The position numbers and the translations under genes are program-made. From NCBI GenBank assembly GCA_963804995.1, contig CAWDSK010000006.1, positions 1,664,001 through 1,728,000 on the forward strand: a stretch of 64,000 nucleotides of DNA. Reading direction: 5' to 3'. The notes under the pieces were generated by a model. It worked only from the letters and a program-made list of their open reading frames with translations, was not told the origin of the DNA and searched no databases. Below are positions 9,978-18,294 of the stretch, piece by piece. Within the stretch, counting starts at the first letter, position 1. Every line of letters starts with the position of its first letter. The stretch is from an uncultured Acidobacteriota bacterium (lineage in GTDB: Bacteria > Acidobacteriota > Terriglobia > UBA7540).

Positions 9978-10270
9978 CGAAGGCTGGCATTCATCTGCTG
10001 GATGAACCTGAGATCGCCGGGGCTTACACACCGGAAGATTCGGGCTGGCTGGCGCAGAGCGAGCCCAGCTCTGCGATTTAGCGGGGTAGCGCAGACGTAG
10101 CCGCTGTTTGGCTTCGTCTGCGGCGTTTCCCTTGGGCATTAACCGATATATGTATGTCCGAGAACGCTGTTGCCATGTTAAGAACCGCGGAGGAAGCTGA
10201 ACTACGCCACCTCCGCGCTACCCGCTAATGGTGGGCCGAAGGTCCGCCGATCACGATGGCGGACTGAAGG

Positions 10271-10495
10271 CCTGGGTTTAGATTACCCCCAAATTTTGCC
10301 CCCAGCCCTGAAAGGGCGGGATACTGCTGGACGCGCACGGAATTGCCCACGACGAGCGGTACGTGTGGTATTGATTGTTTCGCCCCTTCAGGGCTCGGGT
10401 ATCGGTTTGGGTCCCGTTGACCCAGGCCCTTGGCCCACCATTAAGATCGGCGGACCTTCGGCCTGGGCTTCGTTAGATCGCCCCTTAGGGGCTCA
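10271..10495 (+). mobile_element. Second, more deleted copy of the REP-flanked mini element
   Basis: Same arms as 8450-8810; keeps only LLDAHGIAHDERYVWY*. Confidence 0.7.
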
Positions 10496-10654
10496 CCTGC
10501 CCGCACCTTGAGACTGGGCCTTACCGGCTTTTGGAGTGCGGCCGCGAAGCTGCCGCTTTGCCTTTCGCCAGCTTGCTGGCACGGCTGACGCTAACCGCTC
10601 GGAAAAACCCCATGACAGGTTGTTTACGCCTCGCACACCAGATATACTGGCGCC

Positions 10655-10954
10655 ATGGGATCACGGGTCGTAGAGGCTGAATACGAGAAGGGCATGCTCA
10701 AGCCGAGCACGCCGTTGACGCTTCGTCCGGGAGAGCGTGTGCATCTGATCGTGATGCGGCAGCCGGATCCGAAGCGATGGGACCTGTCCCGTCTGGCGCA
10801 GAGCCCCGCGGCCGATGAAGCGGTTCTCGCCGAGCAGGGCCTGGAGGGCTGGGCGGCGAACCTCGAGGCAGAGGATCGCCAGTCAGTTACGTGCAATTCC
10901 CCAGTCGGCTCTCCAGAAAAAAATCCGGGACTTAACCGAAGAGGAAACGGCTGA
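10655..10954 (+). CDS. DUF104/AF2212-like antitoxin
   Basis: VEAEYEKGMLKPSTPLTLRPGERV motif. The C-terminus reads through into the deleted toxin gene. Confidence 0.75.
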   Translation: MGSRVVEAEYEKGMLKPSTPLTLRPGERVHLIVMRQPDPKRWDLSRLAQSPAADEAVLAEQGLEGWAANLEAEDRQSVTCNSPVGSPEKNPGLNRRGNG

Positions 10955-11009
10955 ACCCGAACTGGCCACCGACGAGGCTCTCGGTAGGGTCGAGCCGCCA
11001 CCCAAGTAG
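10882..11009 (+). pseudogene. MazF/PemK-like toxin, C-terminal remnant
   Basis: QLRAIPQSALQKKIRDLTEEETAEPELATDEALG resembles the PemK C-terminus; no start codon or N-terminal half. Confidence 0.55.
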
Positions 11010-11062
11010 CAGCACCTAAACCCCGGGGAGGAGAAAGGGTACCTGGAGGAGAAAGGGTACCT

Positions 11063-12833
11063 GGAACGTGTGAAGAAATGTGTTTTGAGAATCGCGGGAT
11101 AGGGATAAGTCGGGATGCACGATGATTTCACTTTCGTGGTGCGGGTAATCGCGGCTGGGGGTGAGGTTGCCAGGTGAGCACCGGCGGCAGCATGATTTCT
11201 TCCTCATCCTCGTGTGGCGCTTTGGCGCTCTTCACTTACGCCGGCGCCAGGGCGGCATCGGTCAGGGTGGGCCGTCGCTGCAGGGCGAACCATCGGGTCA
11301 GGTTATAACTCAGCGCCGCCCACGTTGCCTCCAGGGTTGCTTTCAGGCGGCCGCGACAGCGGAACTGGCGCAGGCCGCAGCGTTCTTTAATCCAGGCGTG
11401 GGGGAACTCGGCGATACGCGACCGTTGACCGTAAATCCGCTGCGCTTCTTCCGTGGCCATCTTGGCCTTGAAGGCCAGGGTCGCCGCGGGTTCCTCCAGG
11501 CGCGTAATCGATCGGACCCATTGGGAGCGCGCTTTTTGCGGGGCGCACTGGCTGCGTAACGTACACGTACGACAAGCCTCCCGCGGCGCGCGATAGACGT
11601 GGACGCGGACCCCGTGCCCGCGATTCTGTATCGCACGGTGAGTCAGGATTTCTCCCGCCGGGCAAGTGAAGCTGTCGTGCTCGGCACGATAGTGGAAGGC
11701 GCTGGCCAGAAACGCGGCGCGGCGGCCTTGGGCGTCGCGTTCGCCGGGCTTCCAACTCGCCTGCCACGATCCATAAAAATCCACTCCGCAGTTCGCCGCC
11801 GCCGCGACCGAGGCGTGATTGGTGTAGTCGCCATCGGCAACGATCTGCCGGGGATGGCGTCCCAGCGTTTGCGCGCAGCGGTCGAGGGCCGGTTCCAGTT
11901 GGCGATGATCGATGGCATCGGTGGTCGCCTCCACATTCACGATCAGCCCGTGCGTGGTGTCCGTCAGCAGTTGCACGTTGTAGCTCGGAACCGTGCCGCC
12001 CTCGCCATTTCTCATGACGTGGGCTTCCGGGTCGGTGCTGGAGGCGCGGGCCACAAAACTGTCGCGATCGTCCTTTTTCTCGCGCTGTAAGCGCTCGACC
12101 TCGCGTACGGCAGCCTCCAAACGGCTCCGGCGTTGCCGTGCGGCCCGCTGCCGCGCCGCCACCTGCCGCCTGGCCATCTGCTCTTCTTCCGCCGCTTGTT
12201 CCTCCATCAGCCGCACTTGTTCGCGGGCCAATTGCAGGTGAGCTTCGAGCGTCGGCTGGCGCCGGAACGTATTGCCGCCGGCATTGGCCTTGATCTTCGT
12301 GCCGTCCAGCGTCACGCGCTCCAGAGTGATCAGACCCTCGGCGCTCAGCATCCCCAGCACCTGCACGAAGAGATCGTCCAGCGCCGCCTTTTGACTGGAA
12401 CGAAACCCGGACAGCGTGCGGTGACTGATCGGCTCCAGCCCGCACAGCCACTGAAAGGCCGGTTCATATTCGCACCGCCGCGCCATCTCGCGCGCCGAAC
12501 TGATCCCGCGGCTGTAGGCATACAGCCAGAGACTGATCAAAACCTGCGGATCGGTGTGCTCCCTCCCCGCCCGCCCCTCCACGGCGGCGATGCCGGCATA
12601 ATACCGACTCAGATCCAGCCGCCCTACCAACTCCCAAATCGAGCGCGCGGGGTGATCTTCCTCAATCAGTCGCTCCACATCAATCGCCCGCATCACCATC
12701 TGGCACCGATTCACCGCAGTCAAACGAGGTCGAGTAACCGGAGGCTTGGTCGTCATGCCCGCAGTGTACCCGACCTACCACTTTCCACCTAGGCATTCTT
12801 GTTGGTTTTCAGGCTAATTTCTTCACACGTTCC
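11063..12833 (-). mobile_element. IS1182 family insertion sequence
   Basis: Perfect 17-bp TIR GGAACGTGTGAAGAAAT (11063-11079) / ATTTCTTCACACGTTCC (12817-12833) around a single transposase. Confidence 0.92.
11236..12756 (-). CDS. IS1182 family transposase
   Basis: DHPARSIW, LWLYAYSRGISSAR, LDGTKIKANA, TDPEA, ADGDY, CPAG. Confidence 0.95.
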   Translation of the reverse strand: MTTKPPVTRPRLTAVNRCQMVMRAIDVERLIEEDHPARSIWELVGRLDLSRYYAGIAAVEGRAGREHTDPQVLISLWLYAYSRGISSAREMARRCEYEPAFQWLCGLEPISHRTLSGFRSSQKAALDDLFVQVLGMLSAEGLITLERVTLDGTKIKANAGGNTFRRQPTLEAHLQLAREQVRLMEEQAAEEEQMARRQVAARQRAARQRRSRLEAAVREVERLQREKKDDRDSFVARASSTDPEAHVMRNGEGGTVPSYNVQLLTDTTHGLIVNVEATTDAIDHRQLEPALDRCAQTLGRHPRQIVADGDYTNHASVAAAANCGVDFYGSWQASWKPGERDAQGRRAAFLASAFHYRAEHDSFTCPAGEILTHRAIQNRGHGVRVHVYRAPREACRTCTLRSQCAPQKARSQWVRSITRLEEPAATLAFKAKMATEEAQRIYGQRSRIAEFPHAWIKERCGLRQFRCRGRLKATLEATWAALSYNLTRWFALQRRPTLTDAALAPA

Positions 12834-12961
12834 TGACACCGTTTCCCTCCTGGGGCACACCCTGGCCCATCCCACACCAAGCCCCGAGCTTGCATTGCGC
12901 ATCGGCAACGCCCTGCTCCGCCGCCTTGCGCCGCCAAAACGCTGCGCGGATGCCAGTCATA

Positions 12962-13759
12962 TCATGTCACGGAAAGGAATCCATAAGAATGATTTAGAGA
13001 TCCAAACGGTGCCAGTCTACGGCTAAAATCACCAAAACTCCGTGGATCAAGTGGCTTTGTGATAGGACCGATTGTTCCTTCCGGCTGGGGCCAAAGCCTC
13101 AGAACGGTTCCACTAGAAAAAGGACTCTCTTTCCAAGGAAACCCCTTGATCCTCAACGTGAACATCTGGAACGCTATCTTACCGATAGCGAGGGTAGACG
13201 CGTGGGCATAGATTGGCTTCCGAACGGAATCCCTCGGGTAAAGCGGACTCAATCTTCCGTCTGCCTGCCAAATCATACAGTAAGAATCAAGAAGACAAGA
13301 CGCAATCCATACGTATAGGTCATTTTCTATCGCACCGATTGCTTCAATTGGAACTGTGACTACACGCTTCCGGTCTTCCGGTGAAAAGTACGGTTCAGTT
13401 CTAATCGGCTTAATTAAGTCGCAGGCAATTACGGTCTTGTAAAACCAAGCCGTTAAGATTCGGGCTTGCTCGGCGGCGATGGCCGTCTGCATGCCGTTTA
13501 AGATTAAGGGCTCGAGAATGTCATGCGCGACCGTCTCGATTTTACCAAGGGTCGTATTGCAGCAACTGCAAACATCGTTGATCCTGTAGGCGTTCTTTTT
13601 GCCTATTTCCCAGGAACGCTTAAAGTTGTCACCGTGACGTAGAACAGCTCGGGAATGAGACGGAAACAGCTCTTGAATCCATTGAGCTATCGCATGCTCT
13701 GTAGTGATTTGCCGATCACCGCGTCGGCAAAACGCACAAACCTTCGGTTTTGTTGGCAT
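12962..13759 (-). CDS. HNH-like Zn-binding hypothetical protein
   Basis: CAFC...TTEHAIAQW...VCSCCNTTLG pattern; AT-richer DNA than the flanks. Confidence 0.65.
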   Translation of the reverse strand: MPTKPKVCAFCRRGDRQITTEHAIAQWIQELFPSHSRAVLRHGDNFKRSWEIGKKNAYRINDVCSCCNTTLGKIETVAHDILEPLILNGMQTAIAAEQARILTAWFYKTVIACDLIKPIRTEPYFSPEDRKRVVTVPIEAIGAIENDLYVWIASCLLDSYCMIWQADGRLSPLYPRDSVRKPIYAHASTLAIGKIAFQMFTLRIKGFPWKESPFSSGTVLRLWPQPEGTIGPITKPLDPRSFGDFSRRLAPFGSLNHSYGFLSVT

Positions 13760-13837
13760 GCGGGGGATTGTAGCACGTAGCACATTTGGTCAGCCAAGTA
13801 TTGTTACCCCCTTTTGCTCAAGCCTAATTTCGCGGGG

Positions 13838-14006
13838 TGGCGCATACGTGCCGACGTTTTTTGTCGGCATGTATGCGCCCTTTGGATTTGTGGGGGCGTA
13901 GCCACGCCACGATTCGCACGCCGTGGGCTTCATGCCGACATTGCAGCAGGTCGCCCGATAATAGGCGCATACATCGCGACAAAAGGCGTTGCGACGTATG
14001 CGCCAC
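13838..14006. repeat. Nested palindromic REP-like cassette
   Basis: GTGGCGCATACG...TGTATGCGCC and GGCGCATACATCGC...GCGACGTATGCGCCAC hairpins between the two divergent genes. Confidence 0.7.
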
Positions 14007-14178
14007 CCGCGAAAACTGTGTCTGGCATTTGTCACCTCGATGTGCCCGTCTGGAAAGGGCCGGGGCACAATTGAGGAGATAATACATACTCCTGTGACGC
14101 ATGCGCCAGTTTTATTGCTCGGCGGTGTGCGGATTTCTATTTCCCGACCGCCCGAGGCGGGTGGATAATATCGGAACA

Positions 14179-17100
14179 ATGCTCGACGCTCTCATCCGAG
14201 AAATGGCGGTGGCGCTACAGCACGAAGCTGAGGCTGCAAAAGAACAGGGCGCGAATAGGACCAATATACTCCGCAATGGCCGCTTGCAAGTCTCAAGAAG
14301 GCAAGGTTATCTATACCTCTTTGACATTGACAGGCCCCTTCCCAGTGCCTTAGGAAATGACTTTCCCGGTAAAATCGAAATCCATGGGAGCGTATTCGAG
14401 GCAACAATCGCGGAATCCCGCGACACGGAAATTCTCGTATTGCTGCCCCGTGATTTCGGAATATCCATAGCTATCGCCTATCTGCATACCGACCTTACAT
14501 ACCTTCTAACTCTTCTTGCTGAGCGATTGCCGTCAGTATTAGATAATTCGCACTATTCGGCACAGGCAGCGAAAGTGCTCAATCAGATACAGCCTGTCCT
14601 TGGTCGCGGCTCCGCGAAACTTAGCTGGCTGGTTGGCAAGGATGGGAATCCGCCGAACGAAGAGCAACTCAAGGCGGTGGACCAGAGTTTAGGAAGTGAG
14701 GTGTGCTTTGTTTTCGGACCACCTGGCACGGGGAAGACCAAGACCATCGCGGCTATCGTGAAGGAACTCCTGAGTGAGAGCCACGCAAAGATTCTCGTTG
14801 CATCACACACTAATGTGGCGGCTGACAACGCCTTGCAAGCACTTCTTGGGTACGAAGATGACCCGACAATAGCAGAGATCATGCGTCAGGGCCTGGTGGT
14901 CCGAGTGGGTACCATTGTGGTGCAGGACCGTAACCTTGGATTGTTCCACATCGACAAGGTGACTGAGGAGACTGAAAAACGACTCCAGGATGACCGTAGG
15001 CTCCTTGTTGATCAACTCGAAGGAATGGAACAGGAGCGCAACCGGCTGAGAGAGGTTATGGCCAAGGGGGGCCTCCTCCAGGACCTCCACCGACGCCAAA
15101 TAGCGAATCAGAAGGCTCAAGTCGAACTTCAGAATGAGATTCAATGCGCTCGTCAGGAGCTGGAAGTCGTTCGTCAAGCCCTGGAGGGAAACCGCTTACA
15201 ATATGAGGAGGCATCACGAAACAATTTTTTAGTAAACCTATGGAAGGGGCTGAGCAAAAAGAAGCTCATTGGGGAAAAGGCTGGACTCCAGACAGAGGAT
15301 GGTCGGCTCACTGCCGCAATCGCGGCTGCAACCCGTCGCACCGCCTTCCTTTCTGAGGAGGCAAAGAGAACCGATGCTCAGATTCACGACCTCGCAGGCC
15401 TGATTCCAGCCGGATATGATGACGGACTGACTCGGTCAAAGTTGGCGAAGCTCGAAAGCGAGATCTTACAACTTCGTGCCCAAGTTGATTTGATCGACGG
15501 GCAGATTGGCGACCTTCAAGGGAATGTACTAGAGCGCGCAAGAGTAGTGGTCTCATCGCTTACACAGACGTATGTCAATCGGGCCCTCCTGCCGCAGCGG
15601 TTCACTACGGTTATTATTGATGAAGCAAGCACCGCGCCGATTCCTGCCGTAATCTATGCGAGCGCGCTGGCCTCAAAGAGCATTGTACTTGTGGGTGATC
15701 CAAAGCAACTTCCCCCGATCTGCATCTCAGAGAGCGACGAAGCAAAGAGGTGGCTAGGTCGGGACATCTATACGGTTGCAGGAGTCAGCTACAAGACGAT
15801 GGATCAGGATGCGCGTGTTGCATTTCTCCGGAGGCAATACCGGATGCACAAATCCATCTGTGAGGTCGTCAACGAGCATTTTTATGATAATCGACTCGTG
15901 AACGAACGCTACGAAACTGATGATGCTCGCTATTGCTCGCTTTGGCCCGGTGGCGTCTCTCGATTAGTACTTATAGATACGCAAAAGGCCATGCCATTTA
16001 TGGGGGTGGAACGTCGAAAGCGGTCACAGTCACGTTTCAACCTGTATCATGTCGAGGTAGTGGGCGCCATTCTCCGGGACTGGATTGAGGAGAAGCACAT
16101 CGATCCAGACTGCATCGGTGTTATCTCGCCCTACCGTGCGCAGGTCAATTTCCTAACGGGGCGCATCCACGAAATCTTTAAGGATATCCGAATAGAGGTC
16201 GGGACAGTCCATACTTTCCAGGGCCGCGAGAAGGACTGCATCATCTTCGACACTGTTGAGTCACTTGGGCCGACGCGGAATGTCGGTCTTCTTTTGAATG
16301 ACACGGTTGCTGTAAGGGTCGAGCCTGGGACCCAGTCTGACAAGGTAAGCCGCCTGCTCACCGTGGCTAGCTCACGAGCGAAAGAGAAGTTCCTATGCGT
16401 CGCGAATCTCGCGCATCTGCGAAAGTCCCTTCCGACCTCATCGAAAACCCGGAAGTGGGTTTGCGATATCGCGTCCAGAGCGACGTTTGATGCGACAACC
16501 CTCGTTCCATACTACATTCCTCGGGAAGACCCAGTTGGTCAATCCGTGCCGACGCTCTTTCCCGTCGCAAGGGATACTGGCACAGGCAGAGATTTCCAGA
16601 CGGCCCGCGATTTCTATTCGAGCTTCCACCGTGATCTGAAGGAGGCGAAGGAGAAGGTCATAATCTTCAGTGCGTTCGTTTGGCCAAACGCGGTCTCGCG
16701 GGAGGCCCCTTACCTGCAGGACTTAGTGCGGCGAGGCGTCAAAACCCTTGTGTTCACCAAATCTGAGAGAGAGCGATTCACTCAGCAAGCGGAGGTCGGC
16801 GCCCTTCACAGGCTGCTCAGGGAGATAGGGGTGAGACTCTTCCCGTTCGAGGGAACACATCACAAGATCGCGATTATTGACAACCGCATCCTCTACTTCG
16901 GACACCTGAATGTTCTGTCTTGGAACGGTGAGGCCAAAGAGCTGATGTCCCGCAGTGAGAGTCCGGCGGAGATTGCCCAACTTATTTCTGTCCTCGTGCG
17001 TGAGAACCCTAAGCTGCGGAGCATTCTTGTTGATGGAGCTGATGAAGACCCTGCTGATGTATTGGGTCAAAGCCAGCCGATTGATGTGAATGAGCTTATC

Positions 17101-17397
17101 ACGCGGTTACGTCCGAAGAAAAAGCCTGTTGGAAATTCGAAGAAACAAATCGAGGAGTACTACCGTCAGATGTTGAGGAAACTCCGCTGGGTTATTGCAT
17201 CCGACAAGCGGATACCGCAATTCGCGGTACTTTACAACAAGACTATAGATTCTTTGCTTCGAAACCCGCCTTCGAGCGAGCAAGAGCTCCTTGCTCTTAG
17301 CGAGTTCCAGAGAAATCCAACAAACATTGCCGGGTACGAAGAAGTTGTCCTTGCTATCGCAAAAGAAGTGGGCCACGGTCAATCGTGTTCTAGTTGA
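14179..17397 (+). CDS. Upf1/DNA2-like SF1B helicase with coiled-coil insert, PLD nuclease domain and HRDC-like C-terminus (Mokosh type II-like)
   Basis: GPPGTGKT, SHTNVAADN, IIDEAS, VGDPKQLPP, QYRMH, ISPYRAQ, TVHTFQGRE, VASSRAK; PLD HHKIAIID-x6-GHLN; LRKLRWVIASDKRIPQFAVLYNKTI. Confidence 0.85.
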   Translation: MLDALIREMAVALQHEAEAAKEQGANRTNILRNGRLQVSRRQGYLYLFDIDRPLPSALGNDFPGKIEIHGSVFEATIAESRDTEILVLLPRDFGISIAIAYLHTDLTYLLTLLAERLPSVLDNSHYSAQAAKVLNQIQPVLGRGSAKLSWLVGKDGNPPNEEQLKAVDQSLGSEVCFVFGPPGTGKTKTIAAIVKELLSESHAKILVASHTNVAADNALQALLGYEDDPTIAEIMRQGLVVRVGTIVVQDRNLGLFHIDKVTEETEKRLQDDRRLLVDQLEGMEQERNRLREVMAKGGLLQDLHRRQIANQKAQVELQNEIQCARQELEVVRQALEGNRLQYEEASRNNFLVNLWKGLSKKKLIGEKAGLQTEDGRLTAAIAAATRRTAFLSEEAKRTDAQIHDLAGLIPAGYDDGLTRSKLAKLESEILQLRAQVDLIDGQIGDLQGNVLERARVVVSSLTQTYVNRALLPQRFTTVIIDEASTAPIPAVIYASALASKSIVLVGDPKQLPPICISESDEAKRWLGRDIYTVAGVSYKTMDQDARVAFLRRQYRMHKSICEVVNEHFYDNRLVNERYETDDARYCSLWPGGVSRLVLIDTQKAMPFMGVERRKRSQSRFNLYHVEVVGAILRDWIEEKHIDPDCIGVISPYRAQVNFLTGRIHEIFKDIRIEVGTVHTFQGREKDCIIFDTVESLGPTRNVGLLLNDTVAVRVEPGTQSDKVSRLLTVASSRAKEKFLCVANLAHLRKSLPTSSKTRKWVCDIASRATFDATTLVPYYIPREDPVGQSVPTLFPVARDTGTGRDFQTARDFYSSFHRDLKEAKEKVIIFSAFVWPNAVSREAPYLQDLVRRGVKTLVFTKSERERFTQQAEVGALHRLLREIGVRLFPFEGTHHKIAIIDNRILYFGHLNVLSWNGEAKELMSRSESPAEIAQLISVLVRENPKLRSILVDGADEDPADVLGQSQPIDVNELITRLRPKKKPVGNSKKQIEEYYRQMLRKLRWVIASDKRIPQFAVLYNKTIDSLLRNPPSSEQELLALSEFQRNPTNIAGYEEVVLAIAKEVGHGQSCSS

Positions 17398-17763
17398 CCG
17401 GAGGCCTTTAGGCAAGCCAAAGCAACCCATGGCGAAGATATGTGAGCGGATGCAAGCCGCGGTGCGGCGGCACAATGCGGCCGATGGCTTCCCCACGGCT
17501 GTCGCCGGAGAAAACCGGGACAGGCACCATATTTCCGATTTACCGACGTTATAGCTTCCGCCGCGTCCCACTAAGGATTAGGAATTGGGAATTAGGGCCC
17601 TGTAACCATCCCCGGCGCGAACGCGCCGTCCCCCTCCTAAATCAGGAGGGGAGCCCGTCCGCCCGTCCGTCCGCCCTGGCAGCCTGTGGCGCGGAGAATC
17701 CGCCGGTTTTCCTCGGTGCCTCCGTGCCTCCGTGGTGAAGGTTGGTCTGGGGGACTGGGTAGA

Positions 17764-17930
17764 TCGCCCCTTCAGGGCTCGCGGGTTGATGGGGGTTCCG
17801 TTGACCCAGGCCGTTGGCCTGGGCTTCGTTATTTCGCCCCTTTGGGGCTCAAAAACCTAGGCCTCGTTGGACCACCCCTTTGGGGCTCAAGAACCTGGGC
17901 TTCGTTATTTCGCCCCTTTGGGGCTCAAAG
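17764..17930. repeat. Right-arm REP cluster of the 8450/10271 family
   Basis: GCCCCTTCAGGGCTC...CCCAGGCCGTTGGCCTGGG...TTATTTCGCCCCTTTGGGGCTCAA, the last unit repeated. Confidence 0.8.
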
Positions 17931-18294
17931 ACCGCGGCGGACTATGCCAGACTTGGGTTCGTCCGCGCTACATTTCATTTCCCATTGAAACGCGGCACGA
18001 AACCCATTGCAACCAGGAGCTAAGCAATTCACCTTGCCGATAAACGCCCGAACCGCGCTTCTGGGGTGGGCCGTGATGGGGGCCGAGGCGGCGTAATGCA
18101 CATCCGAAATGTAGAAACTCCAGAATTCAGCAGGTAGCGCATCAGAGGTACGCGGTCGCCGTGGCGACCGTTCCTCCGCGGTTCTTCCCAAACACGACGG
18201 GCGTTCACAGGTTATTAATGCGAAACCGAGATGAAGAGCCGCAGAGTCTCGGAGAGCGTGAGACTCTGATGCGCTACCCCGCTCGTGGAATTTG

